DNA of 64,000 nucleotides from an uncultured cyanobacterium (GCA_963740315.1 CAVUDP010000002.1:3264001-3328000), one strand, 5' to 3'; positions 47,979 to 61,040 are shown, counted from the first letter of the stretch. A program made the numbers and translations. Notes: generated by a model not told the origin, from the letters alone.

Positions 47979-50056
47979 CTATGCGTTCCCTTTGTTTTTA
48001 GCGATAATCGCCTCAGCCACGTTGCGAGGCACTTCTTCGTAATTACGAAACTGCATCGAGAAAATACCCCGACCTTGGGTTTTTGACCGAATGTCAGTTG
48101 CGTAACCAAACATTTCTGCCAATGGAACTTTAGAAGTTACTTTGGCTAAGCCTTGTTCGGACCCATGCCTTCAATTTGACCGCGACGAGAGTTGAGGTCG
48201 CCCATAACATCCCCAAGAAATTCTTCGGGTACTTCTACCTCAACTGTCATCATCGGTTCTAACAGCACTGGTGAAGCTTTCATTACCGCTTCTTTAATCG
48301 CCATTGAACCGGCAATTTTGAAAGCCATTTCCGAAGAGTCTACATCGTGATAAGACCCATCAACCAATGTTGCTTTAACATCAATTAATGGATACCCAGC
48401 TATAATACCGGATTGAATGGTTTCTTTCATTCCCTGCTCAACAGGTCCAATATACTCTTTTGGTATCGAACCACCGACAACCTTGGAAATGAATTCAAAA
48501 CCGCTTCCTTGCTCTGCGGGTTCCAAGTTTACAACTACGTGACCGTATTGACCTTTACCACCGCTCTGACGGATGAATTTACCTTCAATTCCGCTAACTT
48601 GTTTGCGGATGGTTTCCCGATAAGCAACCTGCGGCGCACCCACGTTAGCTTCTACCTTAAATTCTCGCAGCATTCTATCTACCAGAATTTCTAAGTGTAG
48701 TTCCCCCATCCCCGCAATCACTGTTTGATTGGTTTCAGGGTTAACACTAACTCGGAAGGTTGGATCTTCTTCCGAAAGTGACTGCAATGCTTTACTTAAC
48801 TTCTCCATATCTTGCTTGGTTTTGGGTTCAACCGCCACCGATATAACTGGTTCGGGAATGTAAAGCGATTCCAAAATTATTGGAGAACCTTCATCACAAA
48901 GAGTGTCGCCTGTCAAGGTATCCTTTAAACCCACGGTAGCCCCTAAGTCTCCCGCAGACAATTGTTCGACATCTTGTCGGTCATCTGCCTTCATTACCAC
49001 CAAACGAGAAATTCGTTCTCTTTTATCTTTGGTGGAGTTGTACACGTAGCTGCCTTTCTTCAGTACGCCAGAGTAAACCCGAACAAACGTCAAACGACCG
49101 TAGGGGTCAGCCATCACTTTGAAAGCAAGAGCCGCTAAAGGTGCTTCATCGTCAGCATTTCTTTCAACAGTTTCACCACTCGGTAAAGTACCTTGAATTG
49201 GAGGTACTTCCAATGGAGATGGCAGATAATCTACTACTGCATCGAGCAATAACTGTACGCCTTTGTTTTTGAATGCCGAACCGCAAAGCGTCGGCACCAT
49301 AGTTCCGGCGATCGTACCTTTGCGTAAGGCAAGACGAACTTCCTCTGCGCTCAGATCCTCTCCCTCGAAGTACTTAGTCATTAACTTATCCGAGGTTTCC
49401 GCTACTGCTTCAATTAACTTAGTACGATATTCCAAAGCCAATTCCTGCATTTCATCAGGTATATCTTGCTCCTCAATATCTGTACCTTCGTCGTTGTTGT
49501 AAACAAAGGCACGCATTTTTACTAAGTCAATAATGCCGCTAAACTCGCTTTCACTGCCGATGGGCAATTGAACGGGAATGGCATTAGCTCGCAGGCGATC
49601 GCGTACTTGTTCGTAAACCTGATAAAAGTTTGCGCCCGTGCGATCCATCTTGTTTATAAAGATGATTCTAGGCACTTTATAACGGTCTGCTTGCCGCCAA
49701 ACTGTCTCGGTCTGAGGCTGCACGCCGCCTACAGAACATAAAACCGTAATTACACCATCCAATACCCGCATAGAACGTTCGACTTCAATAGTGAAGTCCA
49801 CGTGACCGGGGGTATCGATGATATTAATTTGATGGTCTTTCCAACTGGTACTAATTGCAGCAGCAGTAATCGTAATTCCTCGCTCCCGCTCTTGTGCCAT
49901 CCAGTCAGTGACAGCCGTTCCCTCGTGAACTTCACCTATTTTGTGGATGATGCCGGAGTAAAACAGTATTCTTTCTGTTGTTGTAGTTTTTCCCGCATCA
50001 ATATGCGCCGCAATACCCATATTGCGAACTTTTTCTAGCGGGTTGGTACGTGCCAC
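47979..50056 (-). CDS. fusA: Elongation factor G (1-nt frameshift near 48162, probably a sequence error)
   Basis: AHIDAGKTT and DTPGH motifs. The missing C-terminus ([32 protein letters not shown]...KNKGNA*) continues in another frame to TAG at 47981-47979. Confidence 0.95.
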
Positions 50057-50194
50057 AACTACCTCCTATAGTTTTTGCCGTGTATATAACACAAGTAAAG
50101 AAGTTTCTATACTTATGAATCCAAAACCGTTCAAATTAATAGTAATAAAGATGATATAACACCTTAACCATTCGGTAATATATCTGTCTTTAAC

Positions 50195-50665
50195 TTAATA
50201 ACGATAATGTGCAAAGGCTTTGTTGGCTTCTGCCATCCGATGTGTTTCTTCCCGTTTGCGAATTGCGCTACCTGTTTCGTTAGACGCATCCATTAGTTCG
50301 TTTGCCAGCCTGCTTGCCATTGTTCGACCGGGACGCTGACGGGAGTACTGTACCAACCAACGCAGCGCGAGGGTTGTGCCTCTTTCCGAACGAACTTCCA
50401 TTGGTACTTGGTAAGTCGCACCGCCAACTCGCCGAGCTTTTACTTCCACTAATGGAGTTAGATTACGTATTGCTCTTTCAAATACTTCTGTAGGATCGGC
50501 ACCAGTCCTTTCTTCAATGATTTTCATTGCGTCATAAACTATCCGCGCCGCAAGAGATTTCTTACCATGACGCATGATTCGCCTGATTGTCATACTGATC
50601 AAGCGACTATTGTAAACCGAATCAGGCGGGACTGCACGCCTTTGAATAACACCACGACGAGACAT
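50195..50665 (-). CDS. rpsG: 30S ribosomal protein S7
   Basis: [11 protein letters not shown] and [14 protein letters not shown]. Confidence 0.99.
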   Translation of the reverse strand: MSRRGVIQRRAVPPDSVYNSRLISMTIRRIMRHGKKSLAARIVYDAMKIIEERTGADPTEVFERAIRNLTPLVEVKARRVGGATYQVPMEVRSERGTTLALRWLVQYSRQRPGRTMASRLANELMDASNETGSAIRKREETHRMAEANKAFAHYRY

Positions 50666-51232
50666 ACTTAACCTTTAATTGAATATAGCAATAGAGAAAA
50701 ATGAAAAGCGATTCTTCCGGGCATTATATAGTATGTAAACAGAATTTCACTTTACCTAACCTCGATCGCAAATGAATGTAATGATTAAGGTTAGGAAGCT
50801 ATACTCACTGCATTATTTTAAGCAAGCTCCATCAAAAATCTATACTACCCGAACTAACTGCTCAAAAACTCAAATTACTGTGGACTTTCTCAACTTTATC
50901 AGTATACTGAGAACGCTCCGAATAGTTGAAAAAAACCGCTCCAACTATATGTAAAAAGCGTCATCATTTATACATTGATTTTTATTTGAAAATCCAAAAC
51001 GCTTCGCCCGGTTGCAATCTTTATAAAGTGTAATTGTTTTATTTGCTTATCTTATCGCCCCTCTAATTGTAGAAAACCAAAAGAAAAGCAAACAAACAAC
51101 TACATTTCAACTATAAAGAAAACCAATAAGCACATCCGACCGTTTTGGGACGTTATGGATTAGAACTTGAATTATATACTTCGCCTGTTCGCAATTGAAT
51201 CTAAAATACAATGCGAAAAACCACAGCCAGGA

Positions 51233-51610
51233 TTACGATTCCTTCGGACGTTTCGTTCCGTACTTTGAACGACTTTGCTTGCGGTCTTTAACACCGGCTG
51301 TATCTAAAGTTCCACGGATAATGTGATATCTTACGCCTGGTAAGTCCTTAACCCTACCGCCACGAATCATCACTACAGAGTGTTCTTGCAAGTTATGACC
51401 GATTCCTGGAATGTAAGCCGTGACTTCAAATCCAGAAGTCAATCTTACCCTTGCCACTTTTCTCAGAGCAGAATTAGGTTTCTTAGGTGTTGTTGTGTAC
51501 ACCCTAGTACAAACGCCCCGTCTTTGAGGGCATTGTTTCAAAGCCGGGGACTTAGTTTTCTGACGCGCTTTAGAGCGTTCGTTACGAATTAATTGCTGTA
51601 TTGTTGGCAT
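51233..51610 (-). CDS. rpsL: 30S ribosomal protein S12
   Basis: [10 protein letters not shown] and [12 protein letters not shown]. Confidence 0.99.
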   Translation of the reverse strand: MPTIQQLIRNERSKARQKTKSPALKQCPQRRGVCTRVYTTTPKKPNSALRKVARVRLTSGFEVTAYIPGIGHNLQEHSVVMIRGGRVKDLPGVRYHIIRGTLDTAGVKDRKQSRSKYGTKRPKES

Positions 51611-51744
51611 GAGTTACAGCACGTGAAGCTGCTGATTGTCTAAGTTTTAACAAATCCTGATTATATCTCTTTTTGTCAAAGATTATGTCAAATTTCAATC
51701 TAAATTTTATTATTTTTTAATATTTTATATTTTATATTTTAAGC

Positions 51745-51928
51745 ATTGGGGATTGGGGGAGAGTGGGAGATGGGGAGATGGGGAGATGGGGAGATGGGGA
51801 GATGGGGAGATGGGGAGATGGGGAGATGGGGAGATGGAGAGATAGGGGGACAAGGGGAAAAGGGGACAAGGGGACAAGGGCAAATTCTAACTTTTAACTC
51901 CTTACTGGTAACTGGTAACTGGTAACTG
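51745..51928. repeat. STRR arrays (GGGGAGAT)n, (GGGACAA)n and (GGTAACT)n
   Basis: Tandem repeats visible directly in the sequence. Confidence 0.9.
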
Positions 51929-52264
51929 CTAAGTGGTAACTGAAAAAGAATTACCGCAACCGCAAACGGTTTTCGCTTGGGGGTTGTAAAAGCGAAAGCC
52001 TCCACCCATGAGGTCTTCGGAGTATTCTATGGTTAAACCATGAATATGCTCTACGGTTTGTTCGTTTATGACTACTTGAATGGAGTGACAGGTGAAAACG
52101 CGATCGCCATCTGATAATGTTTGTTCGTCGTTGAAAGACATATCGTAAAACCAACCGGAACAGCCACCGGGTTTGACGGCTAAGCGAAATAAAAGATTTG
52201 GCTGTTTTCGCTTTGATTTTAGTCGCTGTATCTCGTCTGCTGCTGCTTGAGAAAGTTTAATCAT
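51929..52264 (-). CDS. HesB/IscA-family Fe-S cluster assembly protein
   Basis: GGCSG and CGCGNSF motifs. Confidence 0.92.
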   Translation of the reverse strand: MIKLSQAAADEIQRLKSKRKQPNLLFRLAVKPGGCSGWFYDMSFNDEQTLSDGDRVFTCHSIQVVINEQTVEHIHGLTIEYSEDLMGGGFRFYNPQAKTVCGCGNSFSVTT

Positions 52265-52554
52265 GGATTCTTCAGTCTGGGGATTTTGGATTACGCTGCT
52301 TACGAAAAAATTCCTATAGACGTGGGGAGCCGGAGCGCAATAGCTTAATTAGATTATTTCAGCAATAAAAATTATTTTACACAAATCACGAACACTTGAT
52401 TAAGAATCGAGCTTTTTTCAAAAAGTATCGCACGGAAACTCTCAAACCGTAAAAGGTAGGAAGTTGCCGTGCGGGGTTTAAACGACGAACACAATATATT
52501 TTTTAATGAAAATTATCGCTTTGTTACGAACTGTAGACTTTTGGCAAGCTATCC

Positions 52555-53001
52555 CTAATTTTTCTTTTCAGCACGAGCATAGTCGTCTTGGTAACGGACA
52601 ATATCATCTTCTCCTAAGTATTCCCCGTTTTGAACTTCAATCAATACCAAGGGAATTACGCCAGGATTTTCTAAACGGTGCGCGGTGCATTGTGGTACAT
52701 AGGTGGACTGATTATTGCTCAACACAATTTCTTGTTCGCCGCAGGTAACTTTAGCAGTTCCAGAGACGACGATCCAGTGTTCGCTACGGTGATGGTGCAT
52801 TTGTAAGCTAAGGCGATGCCCCGGCTTAACTTCAATACGTTTGATTTTATAACCGCGTGCTTCTTCCAAAACCGTAAAAGAACCCCAAGGGCGTAATTCA
52901 GTTGCAGCAACCCCTTTAGGAGTGACTGCTGGGGGCAGGGTAAGTGCGTTTGCTTCTGTTGCTTCTTGGAATTTAGCCATAGTTACCTCATTTGAAGACA
53001 T
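52555..53001 (-). CDS. Mannose-6-phosphate isomerase type II C-terminal cupin protein
   Basis: RPWGSF, LSLQMHHHRSEHW and EVQNGEYLGEDDIVR. Confidence 0.9.
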   Translation of the reverse strand: MSSNEVTMAKFQEATEANALTLPPAVTPKGVAATELRPWGSFTVLEEARGYKIKRIEVKPGHRLSLQMHHHRSEHWIVVSGTAKVTCGEQEIVLSNNQSTYVPQCTAHRLENPGVIPLVLIEVQNGEYLGEDDIVRYQDDYARAEKKN

Positions 53002-53282
53002 AAAAAAATCCGCTAGTACTCTTAACTATTGTTGGAAAAAAGTAGCGTAATATTGCAACCGTAATTGTCGGCAATTGAGTCCACCTTAGCCAAACATACC
53101 AAAGACGATTGTTACGGTGTAATCAACAGGTGGTAATAATAGTATGTTTACACCAAGTCTTCATCAATCATGAAGCCAGCTTTTCACAAGCTTTAAAAAC
53201 TTTTCAATTATTAGTTATTTATACAAGGATGAATACTAAGAAATACTGACTACTATCAATACTACCTACAACTAAGTAGTAG

Positions 53283-53476
53283 GGATGGGGATGGGGTATT
53301 GAGAGTTAGGAGTTAGGACTTACTAAGGTCTGCATGTTAAAGGTCAAAGGTCAAAGGTCAAAGGTTAAAGGTTAAAGGTCAAAGGTCAAAGGTCAAAATC
53401 TACTTTATCTCCCCATCTCCCCTTGTCCCCTTGTCCCCTTGTCCCCTTGTCTCCCCATCCCCCTATCCCCCATCCC
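53283..53476. repeat. STRR arrays (AAAGGTC, TCCCCTTG and others)
   Basis: Tandem repeats visible directly in the sequence. Confidence 0.85.
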
Positions 53477-53477
53477 T

Positions 53478-55604
53478 TCACGGACGCGGTAAGAAAATAC
53501 CAATTCCGTTATGAACGCTGGCGGCGGTATTGGGGGAACGGTCTAGTAGTTGTCCTCCCAAGTAAAGGCTTGTAGAACTACCTCCATCTAGGTTGAGAGC
53601 GTTGACGCAGCCTAGTTGCTGCATTAATTGAGCGTGTTCTGTTAAGCTCGGTCCTTTTCCTCCGGCGCGATCGTGTACGGCAGCAAATATCAGCTTTCCG
53701 TTTGAGGTGGTGCAAATGGCGCTACGGATGGCTTGTTGTTCGGCGAAGGCTTTACTGAAGTTTTCGGCTTGAGCATCGAGAACAATTTGATTGTCTTTTA
53801 GCAGTAGGGGTCCGGCTCCTAAAATATGGGGATAACGGTTAAATTCTGGGGAAACTGCCGAACTGGCAATACTTAGAGAAGTTCCGATGGGTAATAATTG
53901 TGCGTTATTTACAGCAGCAGCACGAAAAGCTAATAGATAGCCATTCTTGGGTATGGGAGCAAAGCCAACTCCAGCTTTTGCTCCTGTATATTGTTGGGTA
54001 ACTCGGTTATTTTGAACGATCGCAATAATTTCGTTGTCGGTTAGGGGTGTATATTTTTCTCCCCAAAGATGCGTATATCTAGCTATTCCTTGTTGTACGT
54101 ATCCACTGTTGAGGTGAGAAATTGGCAGGTTTTGATTGTTGGGAATAATTAAATTTTCTTGTAAAGAAAGGCGATCCATGTAGAAATTTCCGGCATCGTT
54201 CCAAGCAACTGCGCCTCGATTAAGAATTGGACCGGAAAACCATTGTGAGTCCCGACGAATTGCACCCAAGGGTAAAAGGTTTTTGCGATTGAAGAAACCA
54301 CCATTAATTGCGGCGGCTGCTAGATATTTTTGCGCTGTTTTAATTAGAGGTGCGGTACCTTCTTGTTTTTCTTGATTGGTAGCGACTGGTCTAATTTTAA
54401 GTTTGGAAGTGCGGGGATTAATTTCTAGCCATACTACTGGAAAGCGTTCGTTACCCAACGATACAAACCGCTGTCGCCACTGCAATCCCGGTGCCCAATC
54501 GATGTTTCGTTCTACTAAAGCATCCGGACGAATATCAACAACTAAACGATAGGGTTTGGGTAAAGTGCTAACGCGAGGAGTTAAGCCAAAGGGAACTACT
54601 AGTTTTATGACGGTTTGATTGTTAACTACTTCTACTTGTTTGATAAGTGGTTCGGCAGTATCTAAGGTAGATATTGGTAGCAGTATTTCTTCGTCGAAAT
54701 TATTATCTAATTTTTCCGGCTGCGGTATTGGGGGTGCGGGAGTATAGCGCTGTACTAAATTACTGTCTGCTACTCCATCAATGGTAATGATCCACTCTCT
54801 TGAAGGGGGTGAGTCCACTCGCGTGGGTCGTCTCCCTCCGTTGAGCGAAGTGGCGAACCCGGAGGGTTCTGGTTTGGGAGCGGGAATATCAGTTTTGATG
54901 ACAATACTTTGAGAATCAGGTGGAATTTGAGGTGTTAATGGTTTTGGTTTATCTTCAGGTTTAGGTTTTGGCTTTTTAATCAAGGAACCCGCAGTCAGTT
55001 TCCAAGGTGTTGGACTATCTAAATCTATAACTACCCGCTGTTGGGATAAGGCTTTATCTAAATCTATAGTTTTTACTTTTGCTGCTGGTGTAGAAATTAC
55101 TAAGGTATTACCCTTTGCTTCTACTTGCCATTTTGCTTGTTGAGCAAATTTTGTAATGTCTAAATAACGATATCCCGGCTCCAAAAAACCATTTAAAATT
55201 TGCGGCTTGGACTCAGATGAAAACCACTGCACTGGTTGCACTTGGGGACTGTTAGTACTTAATAAATCTACACCTATTAACTGTCGAAGTGCCCCATCAC
55301 TTAAATAAATGGCATTGCGTTTAGCTTTACCTTTTTGTTGCAGCCAACTTCCGGGTACCGTGCGACCATTGAGAGATATTCGATCGCCAGAGTCAAATAA
55401 TCCTTTTGAAGTTGATACAGATGGTTGTGGCAATGGCATCTGACTATTAATATCAGGAGAATTAGCTCTAGTAATGGAAGTCGCAGTCAAATTTAGAATT
55501 ATTGCAAGGGTTGGTAACGCCATAACCTTGACAAAAAAGCGATCGTTTTTATTACCCATAGCACGGCTGTTTTTTTCTTGACCTAAAGTTAGCTTTTTGA
55601 CCAT
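53478..55604 (-). CDS. Exported phosphodiester glycosidase (NAGPA-like) family protein
   Basis: AAINGGFF, GAGPLL, RSAI and ALNLDGGSST motifs. The start is uncertain. Confidence 0.85.
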   Translation of the reverse strand: MVKKLTLGQEKNSRAMGNKNDRFFVKVMALPTLAIILNLTATSITRANSPDINSQMPLPQPSVSTSKGLFDSGDRISLNGRTVPGSWLQQKGKAKRNAIYLSDGALRQLIGVDLLSTNSPQVQPVQWFSSESKPQILNGFLEPGYRYLDITKFAQQAKWQVEAKGNTLVISTPAAKVKTIDLDKALSQQRVVIDLDSPTPWKLTAGSLIKKPKPKPEDKPKPLTPQIPPDSQSIVIKTDIPAPKPEPSGFATSLNGGRRPTRVDSPPSREWIITIDGVADSNLVQRYTPAPPIPQPEKLDNNFDEEILLPISTLDTAEPLIKQVEVVNNQTVIKLVVPFGLTPRVSTLPKPYRLVVDIRPDALVERNIDWAPGLQWRQRFVSLGNERFPVVWLEINPRTSKLKIRPVATNQEKQEGTAPLIKTAQKYLAAAAINGGFFNRKNLLPLGAIRRDSQWFSGPILNRGAVAWNDAGNFYMDRLSLQENLIIPNNQNLPISHLNSGYVQQGIARYTHLWGEKYTPLTDNEIIAIVQNNRVTQQYTGAKAGVGFAPIPKNGYLLAFRAAAVNNAQLLPIGTSLSIASSAVSPEFNRYPHILGAGPLLLKDNQIVLDAQAENFSKAFAEQQAIRSAICTTSNGKLIFAAVHDRAGGKGPSLTEHAQLMQQLGCVNALNLDGGSSTSLYLGGQLLDRSPNTAASVHNGIGIFLPRP
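54808..54866. repeat. SDR-like palindromic repeat inserted in frame in a CDS
   Basis: GC-rich CCCTCCGGGTTCGCCACT...CAACGGAGGG...AGTGGACTCACC (minus strand) encoding PSGFATSLNGGRRPTRVDSP. Confidence 0.6.
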
Positions 55605-56327
55605 AATGTTGGTTAAGTAATTACTTTAAAAAAAACTTTTGAATCTGATATCAAAAGAATTATCAAATCATACAGAACTGTAACGTGATAGTGTATAATA
55701 ATCCTTCTGTCTCTTGTCAAACGATCGCACTAGTAATTTACGCAAACAAATTGTAAATAATGCGTCAATAAACAGTTTCTTTCGGCAAACAGTTATAAGA
55801 GTTTTTTTTGCTTGTATAAGATAGATTGAAATGCTTTATCTTTTTTATTCGATGTTAGTTTTGCTTGGTATAGCAGGGATTGACAAGATTTGTAAGGGAC
55901 GTAGCACGATAAAATTTACCCCGGAAGATAGACGATCGGGAATTGCAAATGGACAATTAGTGTAATACGCTGCTAAAAGCACCCAATTAGCCAAATTTTG
56001 TTATTTAAAGTAGTGAACGATTAAATAGAAGTTTTGTTTCAGGTCGGGGATAAATAGTTACACGCTGTAAAAAAACTTGCATTTTAGACAAGCGGATTGA
56101 GAAAATATATAGCCTCAAGATATGAATAGAGAAATAGCGATACACATATAACTCGTTCAATTCAGCATAAACACATAAAAAAAATAACGGGATAAGTTTA
56201 ACACGGGTGTACAAAAAATCAACCCAGGAGTTAAAATCTTTGTCCCGGCATTTTGTTAACTCAGTTTTCTCTATTTGTTAGTGAATCAATTTTTATCAAG
56301 AAAATTAATGTTATCGGGTGACATTCT

Positions 56328-59300
56328 ATGAATAACGAGCAGATGAATCAAGATAAACACATATCATTTTCAGATACTTTTTTAGGGCAGAAGTGGCTGG
56401 TTGAAGAAAGAGACGCTTGTGGAGTAGGTTTCATTGCCCATCGTCAAAATTGGGAAAGTCATGAAATCTTGGCAAAAGGTTTGATTGCTTTAACCTGTTT
56501 GGAACACCGGGGTGGTTGTAGCGCGGATCGAGATTCTGGGGATGGTGCGGGAATATTAAGCGCGATACCTTGGGAATTGTTGCAAGCAGATTGTTCGCGC
56601 CGGGGTATAGAATTAGCGGCGGATAAGAATATTGCCGTGGGAATGCTGTTTTTACCCCGCGATTCTCAATACGCCGATACTGTTCGTGGAATTGTAGAAA
56701 CGATCGCGGCAACTGAAAACTTAACGGTGTTGGGATGGCGCGTAGTTCCCGTAGATTCCAGCGTTTTGGGAGTACAAGCTAAAGAAAATCAACCGCAAAT
56801 TGAGCAGATTTTTCTGAAAGCGGAAGGTGTTAGTGGGGATGAGTTAGAAAGAAAGCTTTATATTACCCGCCGTCGGATCGAAAAAGCTATTCGTAGTCAA
56901 AACAGTGACTGGATGGAAGAATTTTACGTTTGCTCGCTCTCCAGTCGGACGATCGTATACAAGGGTATGGTGCGATCGGCGGTTTTGGGAGATTTTTATC
57001 ACGATTTAAGAAATCCCGCTTATAAAAGTAGTTTTGTTGTCTACCATCGTCGTTTTAGTACGAATACGATGCCCAAATGGTATCTGGCGCAACCGATGCG
57101 GCTTTTAGGTCACAATGGAGAAATCAATACTCTTTTGGGTAATATCAACTGGATGAAAGCCAGACAGGGAACTTTAAGTCATCCAGTTTGGCAAGGGCGG
57201 TTGGAGGAATTAAAGCCGTTTGTCCGTATGGGAAACAGCGATTCTGCAACTTTAGATAACGTCTTTGAGTTACAGGTGCGTTCCGGTCGCAGTCCTCTGG
57301 AATCTTCGATGATAATGGTTCCGGAGGCTTATAACCATCAGCCTGCTTTAAGTAATTATCCGGAGATTGTAGATTTTTATGAATACTATAGCGGGTTGCA
57401 AGAAGCTTGGGATGGTCCGGCGCTTTTAGTATTTAGTGATGGTAATACAGTTGGTGCGACTTTAGACCGCAACGGTTTAAGACCGGCGCGTTACTGCATT
57501 ACTTCAGATGACTACATTGTGGTTGCAAGTGAAGCTGGTGTGGTTGAGTTTCCAGAAGAAAATATTATCGAAAAAGGTAGGTTGGGTCCCGGAGAATCGA
57601 TCGCCGTAGATTTAGAAAACCACGAGATTCTCAAGAATTGGGAAATCAAGAGTAAAGTTGCCACTCGTCATCCTTATGGGCAATGGTTGCGAGAGCATCG
57701 ACAAGAATTAGGGAACAGCAAGCAGTTAACAGTTAGCAATGGGAATGGTGTTAATGGGAATGGAGTGAATGGGAACGGACATTCAAACTATCAATTAACA
57801 ACTAACCCCATAGATAGACAAGCTTTGCTGCGGCATCAAATAGCTTTTGGTTACACCACTGAAGATGTGGAAATGGTAATCGTGCCAATGGCGATCGATG
57901 CTAAAGAACCGACTTTTTGCATGGGTGATGATATCCCTCTGGCGGTACTTTCGGAAAAACCACATTTGCTGTATGACTATTTCAAACAGCGGTTTGCTCA
58001 GGTAACAAATCCACCGATCGACCCTTTACGAGAAAAATTGGTAATGTCGTTGAAGGTGGAATTGGGCGAACGCGGTAATTTACTCGATCCCAAACCCGAA
58101 TATGCTCGCCGGTTTAAGTTGGAATCGCCGGTATTAACTGAGGCTCAATTAAATAAAATCAAAGAATCGGATTTCAATACGGTTGAATTATCTACCGTGT
58201 TTGCGATCGCCAGCGGAGGGTCCGGTTTGAAAGCGGCTGTAGAATCATTGCAAAAGCAAGCTGTTGAGGCAGTGCGTAACGGTGCGAAGATTTTGGTATT
58301 GAGCGATAAAATTTCGAGCGATTCCCATGCCTCTGAATATGGAGCAATAAACGCAGAAAATACCTACATTCCTCCTTTATTAGCAGTGGGTGCGGTACAC
58401 CATCATTTAATCCACGAAGGATTGCGAATGAATGCTTCTTTGGTGGTCAATACCGCTCAATGTTGGAGTACCCATCATTTTGCTTGCTTGATCGGTTTCG
58501 GTGCCGCCGCAATTTGTCCTTACATGGCTTTAGACACTTTGCGTAGCTGGTGGTCCGATCCCAAAACACAGCAGTTTATGCAGCGCGGTAAAATTGCATC
58601 CGTGAGTTTGGAGCAATCGATCGCAAATTACGTTAAAGCTGTAGAAAACGGTTTGCTAAAAATCCTTTCTAAAATGGGAATTTCTCTGCTGACAAGTTAC
58701 CAAGGAGCGCAAATTTTTGAAGCTATTGGTATAGGTCGCGATTTATTGGATTTAGGATTTTACGGTACCGCTTCCCGCATTGGTGGAATTAGTCTCTTGG
58801 AATTAGCTACTGAAGTATTATCGATCCACTGCAAAGCTTTCCCCCTAACCGCCAAGAAGTTAGAAAATTTAGGTTTTGTGCAGTATCGTCGCGGTGGCGA
58901 ATACCATATGAACAGTCCGGAAATGGCGAAAGCACTACACCAGGCTGTTGATAGTAAAAATTACGACCACTACGAAGTTTATCAAAAACATTTGCAAGGC
59001 AGACCGATAACTGCTTTACGCGATTTGCTCGACTTCCAAAGCGATAGAGAGCCGATTTCGATTGCAGAAGTAGAGCCAGTGAGCGAAATCGTCAAACGTT
59101 TCTGTACTGGGGGAATGTCATTAGGGGCATTATCAAGAGAAGCACACGAAACCTTAGCGATCGCCATGAATCGGTTGGGCGGTAAGTCTAACTCTGGGGA
59201 AGGTGGCGAAGATCCGGTACGTTTTAAAACTTTAAATGATGTTGACGATCTGGGTAATTCGGCAACTTTACCTCATTTAAACGGTTTGCATAACGGCGAT

Positions 59301-61040
59301 ACGGCAGCGAGTGCGATCAAACAAGTTGCATCCGGACGCTTTGGGGTAACTCCAGAGTATTTGATGAACGCCAAACAAATTGAAATTAAGATGGCTCAAG
59401 GTGCGAAACCTGGAGAAGGCGGACAGTTACCGGGTAAGAAAGTTAGCGAATACATAGCTAGCTTAAGAAAGTCCAAGCCTGGAGTTACTTTAATTTCGCC
59501 ACCACCGCACCACGATATTTATTCTATTGAAGACTTGGCGCAGTTAATCTTCGATTTGCACCAAATTAACCCCAAAGCCCAAGTTTCGGTGAAACTGGTT
59601 TCAGAAATCGGCATCGGAACCATTGCTGCGGGTGTAGCTAAAGCCAACGCCGATATTATCCAGATTTCCGGTCACGACGGCGGTACGGGAGCATCTCCCC
59701 TAAGTTCGATCAAACACGCAGGAACACCGTGGGAACTCGGATTAACCGAAGTGCATCGGGTGTTGATGGAAAATAGCCTGCGCGATCGCGTAATTTTGCG
59801 CGTAGATGGGGGATTAAAGAGCGGTTGGGACGTTTTGATGGGAGCAATGATGGGAGCGGAAGAATTTGGTTTCGGCTCCATTGCCATGATTGCTGAAGGT
59901 TGCATTATGGCGCGGATATGTCACACAAATAACTGTCCGGTGGGCGTGGCTTCTCAGAAAGAAGAATTGCGGAAGCGGTTCCCCGGTACTCCGGAAAAAG
60001 TTGTTAACTTCTTCTACTTTATTGCCGAAGAAGTACGCAGTTTGTTAGCAAGATTTGGCTATCGTTCCTTATCTGATGTAATTGGACGCGCTGACTTAAT
60101 CAAAATGCGCCAAGCTGTTGAGTTGACTAAGACGCGATCGCTCAATCTTGATTGCTTGTTTAAATTACCCGATACAAAAGAAAATCGCAGTTGGTTGCAG
60201 CATGAAGAAGTCCACGGCAACGGTGCGGTATTGGATGACGATCTATTGGCGGATGATGAAATACAAAATGCCATCAACGGACATGGAACGATAAATAAAA
60301 CAGTATTTGCCGTGAATACCGATAGAACCGTAGGGGCACGCATTGCTGGCGCGATCGCATCCAAGTACGGCGATAACGGTTTCAAAGGTCAAATCAACCT
60401 TACCTTTACGGGGAGCGTCGGACAAAGTTTCGGTGCTTTCAACCTTCCAGGCATGACTTTGACGTTATTAGGAGAAGCCAACGATTACGTCGGTAAAGGA
60501 ATGAACGGTGGGGAAATTATAATTAAGCCGCCCAAAAACGCAACTTATAACCCAGCAGAAAATGTGATTATTGGCAATACCTGCCTTTACGGTGCGACTG
60601 GTGGAAAGTTGTTTGCGTCGGGGAAAGCTGGCGAACGTTTTGGGGTGCGTAACTCTTCATGTTCGGCAGTAATTGAAGGAGCCGGGGATCATTGTTGCGA
60701 ATATATGACTGGCGGTGTAATTGTAGTTTTGGGTAAAGTTGGACGCAACGTTGCTGCGGGGATGACAGGGGGATTGGGGTATTTCCTAGATGAAGAAGGT
60801 GATTTTCCCGAATTGGTTAACCCGGAAATCGTTAGTGTTCAGCGCGTAGTAACTCAGGCTGGAGAAAAGCAACTCAAAGATTTGATTGCAGCCCATTTTG
60901 AGCGTACCGAATCGGCGAAAGCGAAAATGATTTTAGATAATTGGCAAGAGTTTCTACCTAAATTCTGGCAATTAGTACCGCCTTCCGAAGCTGATTCTGC
61001 GTACTGCGATTCTCGAACAAAGCAGTTGAGTTCAGTTTAG
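56328..61040 (+). CDS. glsF: Ferredoxin-dependent glutamate synthase
   Basis: ERDACGVGF (catalytic Cys), [33 protein letters not shown] (3Fe-4S) and a GXGXG C-terminal domain. No gltD is adjacent. Confidence 0.95.
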   Translation: MNNEQMNQDKHISFSDTFLGQKWLVEERDACGVGFIAHRQNWESHEILAKGLIALTCLEHRGGCSADRDSGDGAGILSAIPWELLQADCSRRGIELAADKNIAVGMLFLPRDSQYADTVRGIVETIAATENLTVLGWRVVPVDSSVLGVQAKENQPQIEQIFLKAEGVSGDELERKLYITRRRIEKAIRSQNSDWMEEFYVCSLSSRTIVYKGMVRSAVLGDFYHDLRNPAYKSSFVVYHRRFSTNTMPKWYLAQPMRLLGHNGEINTLLGNINWMKARQGTLSHPVWQGRLEELKPFVRMGNSDSATLDNVFELQVRSGRSPLESSMIMVPEAYNHQPALSNYPEIVDFYEYYSGLQEAWDGPALLVFSDGNTVGATLDRNGLRPARYCITSDDYIVVASEAGVVEFPEENIIEKGRLGPGESIAVDLENHEILKNWEIKSKVATRHPYGQWLREHRQELGNSKQLTVSNGNGVNGNGVNGNGHSNYQLTTNPIDRQALLRHQIAFGYTTEDVEMVIVPMAIDAKEPTFCMGDDIPLAVLSEKPHLLYDYFKQRFAQVTNPPIDPLREKLVMSLKVELGERGNLLDPKPEYARRFKLESPVLTEAQLNKIKESDFNTVELSTVFAIASGGSGLKAAVESLQKQAVEAVRNGAKILVLSDKISSDSHASEYGAINAENTYIPPLLAVGAVHHHLIHEGLRMNASLVVNTAQCWSTHHFACLIGFGAAAICPYMALDTLRSWWSDPKTQQFMQRGKIASVSLEQSIANYVKAVENGLLKILSKMGISLLTSYQGAQIFEAIGIGRDLLDLGFYGTASRIGGISLLELATEVLSIHCKAFPLTAKKLENLGFVQYRRGGEYHMNSPEMAKALHQAVDSKNYDHYEVYQKHLQGRPITALRDLLDFQSDREPISIAEVEPVSEIVKRFCTGGMSLGALSREAHETLAIAMNRLGGKSNSGEGGEDPVRFKTLNDVDDLGNSATLPHLNGLHNGDTAASAIKQVASGRFGVTPEYLMNAKQIEIKMAQGAKPGEGGQLPGKKVSEYIASLRKSKPGVTLISPPPHHDIYSIEDLAQLIFDLHQINPKAQVSVKLVSEIGIGTIAAGVAKANADIIQISGHDGGTGASPLSSIKHAGTPWELGLTEVHRVLMENSLRDRVILRVDGGLKSGWDVLMGAMMGAEEFGFGSIAMIAEGCIMARICHTNNCPVGVASQKEELRKRFPGTPEKVVNFFYFIAEEVRSLLARFGYRSLSDVIGRADLIKMRQAVELTKTRSLNLDCLFKLPDTKENRSWLQHEEVHGNGAVLDDDLLADDEIQNAINGHGTINKTVFAVNTDRTVGARIAGAIASKYGDNGFKGQINLTFTGSVGQSFGAFNLPGMTLTLLGEANDYVGKGMNGGEIIIKPPKNATYNPAENVIIGNTCLYGATGGKLFASGKAGERFGVRNSSCSAVIEGAGDHCCEYMTGGVIVVLGKVGRNVAAGMTGGLGYFLDEEGDFPELVNPEIVSVQRVVTQAGEKQLKDLIAAHFERTESAKAKMILDNWQEFLPKFWQLVPPSEADSAYCDSRTKQLSSV

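Noticed and set aside
47957..48109. 51-aa N-terminal extension of EF-Tu in the ORF track
   Set aside because: It overlaps the true fusA 3' end in another frame; the canonical MARAKFER start is at 47956.
48146..48170. Programmed frameshift in fusA
   Set aside because: No recognisable slippery heptamer, and I know of no precedent. A single-base error is simpler.
57718..57810. Intein or mobile insertion in glsF ([15 protein letters not shown])
   Set aside because: A short low-complexity linker expansion with no splicing motifs.
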